Source: Eledone cirrhosa (Eukaryota). From it: 33,509 bases of DNA. Where the stretch lies: positions 1-33,509 of the forward strand of contig CAXHJY010000881.1 in the NCBI GenBank assembly GCA_964016885.1, in the 5' to 3' direction. Position numbers and translations under genes: made by a program. The notes beneath the pieces are model-generated. The model was not told where the DNA came from. It was given only the letters and a program-made list of their open reading frames with translations, and ran no database searches. Below are positions 12,014-32,034 of the stretch, piece after piece; the stretch's first letter is position 1, and every line of letters starts with the position of its first letter.

Positions 12014-12744
12014 TATATATACATTTGATATATATACATACACACAACACACACACATTTATATATATATATACGCCCAGAAAAAATAAATACATGCATT
12101 TATCAGTATTTCCACACTCGACTGGGCTCCTACATGTATACGCACACCCAAACAGCAGTTCTCCAGCTAAATAAGACAAACAGGCATTCATTTAACAAGA
12201 ATAACAAACACCTGGAAGCTGCTATTATTAAAAGTATTATATATTATCACAGCTAAATCTTATTCATATTGTTACTATTAATATTACAGCTTATTATTGT
12301 AATTTCAATCATTATACCCTTGAAAATCTTTGAGTAAAATGTAGGCCACGTAAGGCAATGCGTGACTTCTATTAAATATTCCTGGGTTTTATTTTCTCAT
12401 CCTATGTTTAAGATTAATTATAAGTTGATGCGTTTGTATACATTTTATAATAATTACCCTCCACACATTTTGTTTCCTACGTTTGGCGGGGGTGTGAGAG
12501 ATACACCCTCATGACATTTCTTAAGAAAATAGCATTACTTTTCATAAACCCATGGAAGATCTGTATATAGAAGTCGGCGTGAGCGTATAGACAAAATCAC
12601 ACATACGAAATCCCACACACATTTGGATAAATGTATCTATTCTTTCTATAAATTTTCATGCAGACATTTTCAAAGAACTGTTATGAAGTTTTTATTTCAC
12701 CCCCACATATATACATATATATGTATATATATATATATTTGTAT

Positions 12745-13116
12745 GGTGGCTGCCAACTCGTTTTCGAGTACGGCCACTACTTTATATCCATGTAGGAGAA
12801 CCCCTACCGATGCGCTGAACGAGTGTGACTTTGTAGTACAGCCAGCGACTTGAAAACTCTGGTACAAACACTACAGCTGTGACAATTATTGATACATAGT
12901 GCTGGGCCCATGGTACCATGTGACGACAAGTGCAGAGAGATCTCCAGATATAAAGCAATGCCTGTGCCGTGAAGCTTTTATAATGAGCAAAGGCACTGCA
13001 TAAAGCCAGTCCCACTCTCTTAACCAAGATGATATTTACCAAAAAGGAGAACAAGTCAACATCATTGGATACCATCAGGGTTGCAGGTGTTATATCAGAG
13101 TTTTCCTTCTCCTAGA
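12745..13116 (-). mobile_element. Probable RTE-clade LINE 5' UTR remnant
   Basis: Minus strand TCTAGGAGAAGGAAAACTCTG (13116-13096) is a motif I recall from RTE 5' regions; locally higher GC; boundaries approximate. Confidence 0.45.
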
Positions 13117-13304
13117 ATTCTAGTAAGTGAATAAAAAATAGATAGATAGAAAGATAGATAGATACATGTAAATGTATATAAATATAAACATGTTACCATA
13201 TACAAACCAACCAAAATTTACATTTGATTCCAAAGGACATATTTACCACTTTCGCAAATAAAATCATTAAACACTACCAGATCTAGCGACCTATCCAAGT
13301 ACAT

Positions 13305-13331
13305 CTCTCCCCCTCTCTCTCTCTCTCTCTC

Positions 13332-13367
<36 letters not shown>

Positions 13368-13410
13368 AAGTAATATATATCTCTCTCGAAATTAATCTCT
13401 CTCTCGCTCT
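13305..13410. repeat. (CT)n microsatellite
   Basis: Direct inspection. Confidence 0.9.
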
Positions 13411-13529
13411 CAGAATGAATATAAAATTATATTAATATACGCAATAACACATATGTGTATGTAATTGTATATGCGTAAGTAATTATTTGAAACATTTGTG
13501 CGTATAAACAATTTGATAAATACGTATAG

Positions 13530-13697
13530 TCATGTGTGTGTGTGTATGTGTAAGACTATATATGTATTCATGTGTGTGTACATGTGTAAGACTATATGTG
13601 TTCATGTGGGTGTATATGTGTAAGACTATATATGTGTTCATGTGAGTGAGTGTGTTTGTGTGTGTTTGGGAGTGTGGTTTTGTGAGTGTGAGTGTGT

Positions 13698-13780
<83 letters not shown>

Positions 13781-13808
13781 GGTGTGTTTGTGTGTGTGTT
13801 TGTGAGTG
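13530..13808. repeat. Three ~35-40 bp units (TGTGTAAGACTATATATGTRTTCATGTG...) grading into (GT)n
   Basis: GTAAGACTATAT recurs near 13550, 13586 and 13620; nearly pure (GT)n from ~13690 to 13775. Confidence 0.85.
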
Positions 13809-14479
13809 AATCTAAGCCGGGTCAAGATGTGTTTATGTGATACTGTTTATGTGATAAACTTGATAAATATGGGTTATTTGAAGGTAGGAATGTGTGTGTA
13901 TGGTTTGGATGTGTGTATGTGTGTGTAGAGGGTGGCGTTAGTTTAAGCTAGCAAATGTAAGTTGAGAAGAGTGTATAATATATAGAGATATAATGCGTGT
14001 AACTGATGCATTAATGTGTGTTGTTGCTGTTGATGATGATCTCTAGACCACGCCTGAGTGAACATAGACATAAAACAAACATGCCAGCTATGAATATGAA
14101 TAAGGTCCCATATTTAGGTTTACTCAATACATATAAAATAGATATCGACTATGTTTCTCAACAAAAAAGCTCCATGATGTTATATCCGTACTAAGTAGAA
14201 CACTCAATCCAAATGACGAGTTCGGTATAGAGCTAGTTCCACAACAAATCAGCAAACAATACTGGAGGACGCACGTTTCACCGAACGGATTTTCAACCTG
14301 AGTATGGCTGCGGTTAGAACGGTATTTTTAATAAAAAAAATTTAGAGTTCATGAATATCGGAATGTCTCTTTTCCAATATGAGACCATTTTTTAAAGCAT
14401 TGAAAATTCATTATGAAGGAAACAAACTATTTTAGCCAAGTGATATTTGCAAATACCTCTGTAAATATTGATGAAATGG

Positions 14480-16230
14480 TATGAAAGAATTCCCCTAATT
14501 TCAATCAACTCAGGTTAATGCAACACAAAGCTTCGGTTTCTAATAAAATATGCTATATACGTTTATTTAGGGGTTGAATGTATTTTACTAGTTCAACAAT
14601 CCAAATAATATTCTTTAATTTGTCGAACACTATCTACAGACGAAGTTACAAACGCTGAAGATGAAACAATAACTCCTAAGACTTTCTGCAAAGAATAATC
14701 CTATATCAACCCCAAAGAATTACATTGTGCGTGTAATTATAAAAAGTGAATATTTAACCACGAGCATGATACGGATATCAAAGAACATACGGAATGCGGA
14801 TATCTCTACAAATTTCAAAACATTACACAAAGATTTTTCCAAATATACATTTGTTTCTTCAGGCAAAACCAAAAATATGTCCGAAACTGATATCAGCACA
14901 TACCATTAACACCATTGCAATAATTCTAGTGGAATCTATAAGAAAATCAACCCTAGTACTTAAAATACTATTAAGCTGGAAGCTAAAGAAATTGCTACCA
15001 GCCTAAAAATAGACGATAAAGTATAAAATGCAGTATTACGTGAACCGTACACTGACTTTTAAAAGATAATGAAGATAATGTTCTTGCCAATCCGAAATGC
15101 AGAGTAATAAACCAGAGAAGACATGAGATAAATAGAGTCAGTAAAAATATTTTAGATTCTAAAATGTTTAACATTAAACAAGCCACTTCTCCTTCGTTGT
15201 AGACCCTAGTTCATCAGTTATCATGAAATTCAATAACAAATTATAAACACTAATGTAAATTTATGTAGCTCTATATTGTAGAATTCTATCCATTTATAAC
15301 TAAATCTCTTCTTGAAAACCTTTATAATTCGCGAGAGGTTGTCCCCAATTAATTATTCGGACATTAATATTATTAAACATGCTAGGAAAGCTTTAAAATT
15401 CTACAGCAATTCTTTTGAGATTAAAGCAATCGAAATAATTGTTTGATGTAGCCATAATATCGTACGATGGAGAAGAGGCTTGGTTATTGATATGATTATA
15501 CAGCTGATACTACAGAAGATATTCCGCTATGCTGATTTTGGTCTCCATTGTGATGCCCGACTATTTTGCTAGGTATTAATGACAAAAAAGTATGCTATTC
15601 GCTAGGAGTTCAACAAGATGCCCAAAGAGATAGATTTAAAGATCAAAATAGATATGAATTTAGATAAAGTCAATATCATAATGCTATGTGTTTGATTCCT
15701 GGACCGAGTGGTGCGTTGTGTTCTTGAGCAACACACTCCAGTTCGCGTTGCTCTAGTACACTCCGCTAAAAATTAATAACAGCAGTAGGGGTTAACCCAG
15801 CGATTGACTGATGTCCTATCCAGGGGAAGGCTTGTACTATCATTCGATTAACGCCGATGAAACCTAGATAAGCACTGGCTTGTTGAATCATAAGGTTTGG
15901 GACAGACTAACTTTAACTGTAATTTGATATCTGTAACCCCTTAGTTTCTCGTCACTACTGACAATATACGCAGGATTACACTGTATTTAATATAAATTCC
16001 AATCACCTTTCAATAATCTTTAGAAACTCAGTGAATGATATTAGCAAGCACATATCTTGCTTACCCTCTCAGGAGCAATTATCTAAACATGCTGCTCCCT
16101 AATACACATTAAAAGAAGTTGGAGTCAAATATAGATTATATTAAACATAGAAAATGGTTTGTTTTCTTGAGCAATGGATTTTCCATAAAATAAAAGAGCA
16201 CCACATATGGTAAACTATCAATTATTCATC
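14480..16230 (+). pseudogene. Old, heavily mutated PLE RT of the same clade but a different family
   Basis: Frame-broken remnants in the expected order: FVSSGKTKN (ADKT-like), EAKEIATSLKIDDKV, KDNEDNVLANPKCRVIN..EINRVSKNILD, KFM*LYIVEFYPFI, IIKHARKAL, FDVAIISYDGEE, FGLHCD, LKIKIDMNLDKVN, INSNHL..HAAP*Y. Interrupted by a SINE. Confidence 0.82.
15675..15918 (+). mobile_element. 5'-truncated tRNA-derived SINE (second family) inserted in the old PLE
   Basis: Aligns to 17255-17342 (TTGATTCCTGGACC...TTGAGCAACACACT...CGTTGCTC); ends in ACTAACTTTAACT; splits the RT right after the KVN motif. Confidence 0.75.
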
Positions 16231-16644
16231 AATAATAAAACTTTGTAAAAATAGCCACCTTCCTCCTTTTTGTGCGTTTTACATATACTATACCGAAGAG
16301 ATGAAATATACTGCATGCATCGTTAAATAAATGATATATTCTGCATGTGACTAGATATAGGCATGACTTATCTTCCACCATTTCCTTTCTCTCTTTTTTT
16401 TTTTTTTTTTTGCAGCTAATCATATCTCGATAATTATTTCTATCCCGACGTATCTACGAATATTATTGCCTAAGTATTCTCGTGTTGCTTTATTTTTCAA
16501 CCGTTTCAATAATTTACAAACTCAGAGTAAGGATTCAAGAAGCTTCAGCTTTCCAATAAAATCTTCTTATGTACATACACATGCACACACTTATATATAT
16601 ACATGTGTGTCTGTGTGTGTGTGTGTGTGAGGAAATAAGCATAT

Positions 16645-16738
16645 ATTCCGCCGAGGTTAACTTTGCCTTTCATCCTTACGGGGTCGATAAAATACACTGG
16701 GTAAATTGCTGGTCTTGTGCCAAAAGTAGAAACAATTA
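16645..16738 (+). mobile_element. SINE 3' fragment
   Basis: Near-identical to 16980-17085 with a short internal deletion. Confidence 0.88.
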
Positions 16739-16895
16739 TATATATATATAATATTATTAGGGTAAACATTGATGCAATTCATTGAAGCACTCAACGTACT
16801 TTTTCCACATAGGAGTGACGGAGTAAATATCGAATAAGGATGTTCAGCGTGGCCAGTGTCGTCATTGAAATATATATCACAGCATTATTATTAAA

Positions 16896-17082
16896 GGGCG
16901 GTGGATTGGCAGTATCGGTAGAGGGTCGGACGCCATGCTTTGACGTATAGAGTTACGGCCCTTGCCATTCTGAGTTCAAATCCCGCCGAGGTTAACTTTG
17001 CCTTTCATCCTTACGGGGTCGATAAAATAAAGTACCAGTAATGCACTGGGTAATTGCTGGCCTTGTGCCAAAAGTAGAAACA
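16896..17082 (+). mobile_element. Full-length tRNA-derived SINE with TSD
   Basis: A-box-like TGGCAGTATCGG, B box GAGTTCAAATCC, body GCCGAGGTTAACTTTGCCTTTCATCC; flanking direct repeat ATTATTATTAAAGG at 16884-16897 and 17083-17096. Confidence 0.92.
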
Positions 17083-17227
17083 ATTATTATTAAAGGACTT
17101 GAACATCAGAAACTACTTCGCTTTTCCTTATTCTATATATATATATAATATATATATATATATAATATATATATATATATATAATATATATATAATATAT
17201 ATATAATATATATACATAATATATATA

Positions 17228-17342
17228 GACGTGTGGCTGAGTGGTTAGAGAATTGGATTCGCAATCGTAAGGTTGTGAATTCGATTCTTGGACCAGGCGA
17301 TGCGTTATGTCCTTGAGCAAGACACTTTATTTCACGTTGCTC
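17228..17342 (+). mobile_element. 5' half of tRNA-derived SINE (second family)
   Basis: A box TGGCTGAGTGG, B-box-like ATTCGATTC, followed by GTCCTTGAGCAAGACACTTT. Confidence 0.82.
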
Positions 17343-17656
17343 TTTCTACCTGGAGTTGCGACCGATAGATAGTATTAGCAATTGGAAAGACCAACGGAAA
17401 CATTGTTCCCTCGGTCCGATTTGACGAAAGTCGATCGTTTCAACAAAAAAAAAATATATATATATAATCTTTATATAATATATATATATATATATAATAT
17501 TTACATAATATATATATATAATATATATATAGAATATATATATATATATAATATATATATATATAATCATATATATAATATATATATAGAATATATATAT
17601 ATATATAATATATAAATAATATATATATGATATATATATATATATTATATATATAT

Positions 17657-19130
17657 ACCAGATAGAAAAATGCTGTACAACAAAAAAAAGTAATATTGTT
17701 GGAATATAAACCTTTAAAAATACAGGACAAGAAACTAAATAAAACTTTAAAAGAATAGGACAAGAAACTAAGATAAAACTTTAAAGAATTGGACAAGAAA
17801 TAAAAAATTTTACAATAATATTAGTGGCAAAATTTTTATTGTTAAAAATCGAGTTCCACATTCATAGGCTCTGCGTTCCACATTCAGAGGTCGTCTTCAG
17901 ACCGGGGGGATAATTTGATCCTGATTTAAACACCAATTGGGTCATAACCATATCCCTATTTCATCATTCGGTGACACGCCTCATGTGTCATGCATAATGC
18001 GAATGGACCCATGGGCCCATGAGCACAGATCTTGAGCAGAAGCGGACGGTCTTGTCGTCCCGCTCATCCTGATCTTGACCAACCCGTCCATCTCTCCTTG
18101 CATCTTGTCTTTGAGTTCAAGTCCGGCAGTCCAGGATGAATGCGTGCCACAGCTTTCTGGTACAGGAAGGGGAGCAGGAGGACTGGAGGGATGACGAGAC
18201 AGAGGGAGGGAGGACCGGTGGTTGAGGGAGGTGCCATAGTCGGTGGTCAGAGTCGACATCTTGTCCCGGTCGTCTTCTCCATCTTCGTCTGGTGTTGCGG
18301 GACCAGAAGTGCATTCTTGGAGGAGACCTGCAGCTGCATCGGCCAATTCTTCTTGCAATGGTCATTCTGACGGAGCAGAACCGCTCATCCGACCAACCCC
18401 AACCAGAACCAACCGCTCAGGGGCAACGCACAATGAGAGCATAACAATTATTATGCACTAATCAAGAAGATACTGGGGCATAGCACAGGAAACGAATAAA
18501 ATAATTTTGCCACTAATATTATTGTAAAATTTTTTATTTCTTGTCCAATTCTTTAAAGTTTCATCTTAGTTTCTTGTCCTATTCTTTTAAAGTTTTATCT
18601 TAGTTTCTTGTCCTATTCTTTTAAAGTTTTATTTTAGTTTCTTGTCCTGTATTTTTAAAGGTTTATATTCCAACAATATTACTTTTTTTGCTGTACGCAT
18701 TTTTCTATCTGGTCTACTATTTTTTAAGGCAATGCAGGCAACAACTATCTAATAATTAAATGATCATAGTTAATTACTGACAAGTGATTAACATTTTAAA
18801 GTTCTTTTGAGTATAATTGCAATCTAGTTGAGGCAACTGGCTTAATGACAAAGCTACGTCATTTCTGGATTACTTCCCCTAGCGTCACGATTACTATTCA
18901 CTCACTTGAACACAAGATTTATCAGCAAACTTTGATTATAAACTTTTTCCCGCTGGACCAAATTTCTAGATTTTTAAGCCAAAGGATGCGTAATGATCTA
19001 CTGTTCATGCTCATATAAGTTTTATCTCAGTTAAATAAAGTAGAGCCGCGCTGTAGTGTCGTAAACAGACGATTGCCAACGAAAACACGACCACAACAAT
19101 ATTACTAAACTGACAACCGTCCGTTTAGGA
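17657..19130. mobile_element. Inverted-repeat element with GC-rich core, inserted in (TA)n; probable truncated PLE with inverted pLTR
   Basis: Arms 17657-17834 and 18503-18713 are reverse complements with internal ~30-bp subrepeats (3 vs 4 copies); unique sequence continues ~415 bp past the right arm to the next TA array. Confidence 0.6.
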
Positions 19131-25881
<6,751 letters not shown>

Positions 25882-26791
25882 TTTATTAAAATAACAAATT
25901 AAAGTTTAAGCAAAGAATCGCTGCTTTCACCCTTAACGGGATCTTCTGAAACTAACAAAGTCAATCTGTAAACGCAGAACTGGATATTTCAAAAAACGTT
26001 GCAAGCGGAGGAAGACAGGAAGACGATACTTTGGTTCGTGGAAACGTTCGCTGGCAAAGAACGGGAAAAAACGAATAATACGTCATTAATAGGAGCGGTG
26101 AAAAACAATTACGCGCAAAGACAGAACCACGTTTATGGTATCATAGAGGTCGTAGACTAATGTTCTCTTAAGTGGTGCATAGAGACGTTCTCTGGCGATG
26201 AACGAAAAAAACGAAGATAATACGTCATATGTGGAGCGTGGAGAACAATAGCACGCAAAGACAAAACCACGTAAATGGTATAGGAGAAGTCGTAGACTAA
26301 ATTCTAACTACGAGACCGAATGAAACTTCGCTACGGAGTTAAGAACAAAGTAAATAAATACAATACAGAAGTAATAGAAATAAATAAATACATACACGCA
26401 AACAGAAACGTACATGCACAAGCATAAGCAAAAAACTTACCATAGGTAAACAAAACCACCCACATATAAATATGTGTGTGTGTGTAAGCGTGTATACAAA
26501 TAAATAAATAATTAATTAATTAAATAATTATATAAACGTATATAAATAAATAAATACGTATATAACAAGCGCACACACATACCTACATGTAAATACACGA
26601 ATGTTCGGAGACGTAAGTCAACCAAAACATGAAGTACACATATACACACGCCCTACATACGTACGAACCTACTTACTCACAGACGCAAAACTCTCGTATA
26701 CACATAGCCGAACATATGTACCAGAATATATAAAAAATTATACGCCATAACAATCAAATATACGTACGAGAAGGTATACGTACCTTCACAA
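25882..26791 (-). mobile_element. Unclassified insertion in (TA)n, possible PLE 3' region
   Basis: Degenerate hammerhead-like core at the left end (minus: CAGAAGA-TCCC-GTTAA-GGGT-GAAA, 25948-25925); diverged ~141-bp tandem duplication 26041-26300. Confidence 0.45.
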
Positions 26792-27524
26792 AATATATTA
26801 TATATATATATAATATATATATATATATTATATATATATAATATATATATATATATTAATAATATATATATATATAATATATATATATATATATAAATAA
26901 TATATATATATATATAAATAATATATATATATATATAAATAATATATATATATATAATGGATATATATATAATATATATATATATATAAATAATAGATAT
27001 ATATATAATAGATATATATATTAATAATATATATATATATAATATATATATATATAATATATATATATATATAAATAATATATATATATATAATAGATCT
27101 ATATATAATATATATATATATTAATAATATATATATATATTAATAATATATATATATATATTATATATATATATAAATAATATATATATATATAAATAAT
27201 ATATATTTATATAAATAATATATATTTATATAATAGATATATATATAATATATATATATTAATAATATATATATATATTATATATATATATAAATAATAT
27301 ATATATACATAATAGATATATATAATAGATATATAATATATATATATATAATATATATATATATAATATATATATATATGTATAATATATATATATATAA
27401 TATATATATATATATATAATATATATATATAATATATATAAATATATATATATATATATAATATATATATATATGTATAATATATATATATATAATATAT
27501 ATATATATATAATATATATATATA

Positions 27525-27555
<31 letters not shown>

Positions 27556-27817
27556 ATATATATATATATGTATAATATATATATATATAATATATATATA
27601 TATATAATATATATATATAATATATATAAATATATATATATATATATAATATATATATATATATAATATATAATATATATAAATATATATATATATATAT
27701 AATATATATATATATAATATATATATATATATAATATATATATATAATATATATAAATATATATATATATATATAATATATATATATATATAATATATAA
27801 TATATATAAATATATAT

Positions 27818-27860
<43 letters not shown>

Positions 27861-28376
27861 TATATATATATAATATATAATATATATAAATATATATATA
27901 TATATATAATATATATATATATATAATATATAATATATATAAATATATATATATATATATAATATATAATATATATAAATATATATATATAATATATATA
28001 TATATATAATATATATAAATATATATATATATAATATATATATATATATAATATATAATATATATATAATATATAATATATAATATATATATAATATATA
28101 ATATATATATAATATATAATATATATATATAATATATATATATAATATATATATTTAATATATATAAATATATATATATATAATATATATATATATAATA
28201 TATATAAATATATATATATAATATATATATATATATATAATATATATATTTAATATATATAAATATATATATATATATAATATATATATATATAATATAT
28301 ATAAATATATATATATATATAATATATATATATATAATATATATATATAATATATATATATAATATATATAAATAT

Positions 28377-28419
<43 letters not shown>

Positions 28420-28905
28420 TACATAATATATATATATATATAATATATATATATATATAATATATATATATAATAAATATATATATATATATAATATATA
28501 TATATATATATAATAGTATATATATATATATATAATATATATATATATTATATATATATAATATATAATATATATATATAATATATATATATATATATAA
28601 TATATATATATATATATAATATATATATATATAATATATAATATATATATAATATATAAATATATATATAATATATATATATTATATATATAATATATAT
28701 ATATCTATAATATATATATATATATAATATATATATAATATATATATATAATATATATACATATAATATATATACTTATAATATATATATATATATAATA
28801 TATATATATAATATATATATATATAATATATATAATATAATATATAATATATATAATATATATATATAATATATATATATATTATATATATATATATATA
28901 TAATA
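26792..28905. repeat. (TA)n sea with AA/AAA interruptions
   Basis: Direct inspection. Confidence 0.97.
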
Positions 28906-28942
28906 TACGATATTAATAAATGGAAACTATATTTATAAAACC

Positions 28943-29018
28943 ATATCTATTTCATTATACATATTTCAGGGATACCAAATTAAGATATGGTATGCCTTCA
29001 TCAGACAAAATACAATAT
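28943..29018 (-). ncRNA. Type I hammerhead-like motif (best preserved copy)
   Basis: Minus: TATT-TTGT-CTGATGA-AGGCATACCA...TGGTATCCCT-GAAA-TATGT-ATAA-TGA-AATA. Confidence 0.8.
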
Positions 29019-29537
29019 ATAAACAGTTTTATAAATAATTTTGACGTACCCTATTAAATGCAACCATTATTTTTGGAAGCTGTCTGGATAGTGAAATGTT
29101 TATATTATTTTATTAGTTATAGTGTTAAGCACAATTAGAAAAAGACGGAGAGAAAGAAAGAAAAAAAGACTGAGAGAGAGAAGCAGAGAGAAAGAAGGAG
29201 AAAGAGAAAAAGAAAACCTGGAGAAATATCGGAGAAATATCGAAGTATGTAGAAAAGAAAGAGATAAATAGATAGGAGGAAATAAAAAGAAAGAAAAAGG
29301 GAAGAAATAAGAAAAACAAAGGAAAGCAACAGAGAGATAATAAGTCATCATACAGATAGAAAAACTCAAGAGAGAGAAAATACTATATAGAGAGAGGGGG
29401 AGATAGTGACAACTTTACGTCATGTCATATTAAGTTGAGTTAACAATTTATATGAAATGAATAATAAAAATATAAATATCAATATTCATGAATGGGACAT
29501 AGATATATAATATGAGAAAATAACATTGTTCAATAAT

Positions 29538-29722
29538 TGTTTCTACTTTAGGCACAAGGCTAGCAATTACCCAGTGCATTACTGGTACTTTATTTTATCG
29601 ACCCCGTAAGGATGAAAGGCAAAGTCAACCTCGGCGGGATTTGAACTCAGATCGTAAAGGGACGTAACTATGCTGGAAAGCATGGCGTCCGACCCTCTAC
29701 CGATACTGCCAATCCACCGCCC
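29538..29722 (-). mobile_element. Full-length SINE with 17-bp TSD nested in the PLE 3' region
   Basis: Reverse complement of the 16896-17082 family; TAACATTGTTCAATAAT at 29521-29537 and 29723-29739. Confidence 0.95.
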
Positions 29723-30668
29723 TAACATTGTTCAATAATGACCATATGTTTAGTTTAAAAACTTGAGATCAATATACCAAAATCTGAGTTAAATCTTTCA
29801 AAAAGTACCCTATTTATAAAAATCAGGATACAAATATGTATATATATATACAAACATATGTACGTCCTGAAAATAGAAATTATGTCTACTCAAGCCAATA
29901 ATATAGACACACAAAACGCAAATGATTTCACTTGATCACTGCTATACACTCCTTGTGTTATAAAAAAGTTCACAGTATATATACATAAATATACGATTAA
30001 TATTCATGTCCTCATATATATGATTACCGTTCATGTATTTAATATTATGCATATCTGCAACATACATCACATATACACACACACATATATACACATACAT
30101 ATGTATAAATAAATATCTGCGTGAGTCCTCCAGCATCGCTCATGTATATATACAGACATATATACAAACACATAAATAGACCCTGTAACACTTTTATATG
30201 AATGTTAATACACACATATGGCATTTGTATAGAGATAATCAAATATCAATATATTAATATAGAAATATCAAAGCATTAAATATCCTTAAAACACTATAGT
30301 GTATCTCAAGTTAAAATAATATGTTTTATATATTTAGTATAGAAATTTATCCTACCTATATCTCAAACAAGATATTGAAAGGGTAGACTTATGAAAGTTA
30401 TTAGAAGCTATCGGAGTCAAAACAAATAAAAAATAAAAATAATTTAAAAGATTTAGAAGACCCAGTGATTCTACGGATAACCTTATATTTAGTATAGAAA
30501 TTTATCTTACGTATATTTTATTTAATACATTGGGAGCATATACATTTTAGAGTAGTTTATTATATCTTTGTTTATATTTAGGAAGAAAGTTTAAAATGAA
30601 AAAGGTGAAGGAATGTAATGATTTATCGACAGGTTTCATATATTAACTAAATTTCTTAATTAATTATA

Positions 30669-31811
30669 CTACATTTTAAATTTATATTTATATTTAAACG
30701 TTGAGTTCAATCTATGTCTGCAGCAACTGAATAAATTGCTCCTTAAATTAAGGGAATTTTTTGACTTTAATATAAAGAATATTTCTTCTATACAAAGATC
30801 ACAATTTTCTGAAGAGGAATTAAAAGGAGTAGCTTATGAAATAATATTCCAATTCATCGAATATTTAATATTATCTCGTTTAAGGTGCCAGAGTAGGCTA
30901 GATAGCGAAGTTGAAGATTTTTTGTTTGGATCTGTGAAAGAATTCTTATGATTATTGAAGCGAAGTTTAAATTTTGTCGAGGTGGAACCAACATAGTTGA
31001 AAGAATTTAAATTAGTATTAACATTACAATTGTACACTACATTTTTAGCTAAGCAGTTGTTATTTAACGGACAGTTAGATTTATTTCTACAGTTACAGTT
31101 ATTTAATTGAATATTGTTTGGCTTATTATTGGTATTTTGGTTAGGTTTTAAATTCCTATTATTAATTCTATTAATATTTTGTGCTAAATTTTTGGTGGAC
31201 GAGTAAGTTAATTTTATAGTGTGTCTATTAAAAATTGAGTAATATTTATATGTTCTAGGGAAGCGTTTGTCAAGAGCATTAAAGAATAGTTTAGCAATAT
31301 GGGTTTTAATATTTAGTGAATATTTAGTGAGAAAGAGGGGGGCAAACCATAATATATTTCTAGTTCTATTTCTTTTTCGGCTTTTGGAATTATTGTAATG
31401 TTTTCTATTATAATTGTTAAAGTTGTTACCGTAATTGAAATTGTTATTATTTTGGTTAGTTTGCTTATTATTATTATCGATGTATTTAATTTTATCTCTA
31501 TATCCTGCTCTACCTAACGCTTCATTGTAATACTGCGCTTTTCATCAAAAATATTTTTATTAGATGAAATTCTTGAAATTCGTTCTTGAACAGAGTTCAC
31601 TATAGTATTTTTAACAGATCTGGGGTGATTAGAGTTAAAATTGACATAATTCAAGTTCTCATTTAGTTTGTGAAATGGATAATGAAGACATGTGTTGAGA
31701 TTTAGTGTTACATCCAGAAAATTGACTATTCTATGATTATTCTCTATTTCTATTTTTAGATTAAGGTAATTAAAAAATTGTATAATTTGTTTTCTTTTTC
31801 TATTTAGTTCA
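30669..31811 (-). pseudogene. Disrupted PLE RT C-terminus + GIY-YIG
   Basis: ELNRKRKQI...NFLDV...CNC..CPLNNNC..YVGST..CCRHR..KM*; 1-nt deletion near 31540, indel/duplication near 31310-31340, in-frame TAA at ~30834. Confidence 0.92.
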
Positions 31812-31835
31812 CAAAATTATTTATAAAACTGTTTA

Positions 31836-31912
31836 TATGTTGCATTTTGTCTGATCAAGGCATACCATATTTTAATTTGGTATCCCTGAAATATGTATAA
31901 TGAAATAGATAT
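31836..31912 (+). ncRNA. Hammerhead-like motif in the inverted pLTR with core substitution CTGATCA
   Basis: Same fold as 28943-29018, but G8 is replaced by C (31856), which is expected to inactivate it. Confidence 0.68.
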
Positions 31913-32034
31913 GGTTTTATAAATATAGTTTCCATTTATTAATATCGTATATCTACTCCAAAAACTTGTCGAGTGCTTTATATCAGTTATAAAATATTTA
32001 CTTGTATCCCAACAATTTTAAATAGAACTTTTGC

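Larger units (their letters stand above)
28906..32034 (-). mobile_element. PLE copy 3: 3' pLTR, 3' region, 5'-truncated ORF and inverted pLTR (31812-32034, +)
   Basis: ORF homology 30669-31811; both ends are pLTR copies pointing outward into TA arrays. Confidence 0.93.

Noticed and set aside
13592-13840. His/Thr and Val/Cys repeat ORFs
   Set aside because: Translations of (GT)n.
16896-17342. tRNA genes
   Set aside because: A/B boxes are present, but no convincing cloverleaf and they continue into SINE bodies.
17345-17445. Hammerhead 3' half (minus GAAACGATCGAC)
   Set aside because: No U-H after the palindrome, and no CUGANGA or stem II.
17981-18461. Host protein-coding exon in the GC-rich core
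   Set aside because: Overlapping ORFs on both strands are expected from GC content; no recognisable domain; enclosed by inverted repeats. Not fully excluded.
29100-29369. Phe/Ser/Leu-rich ORFs
   Set aside because: Pyrimidine-rich low-complexity PLE 3' region, counterpart of ~3370-3690.
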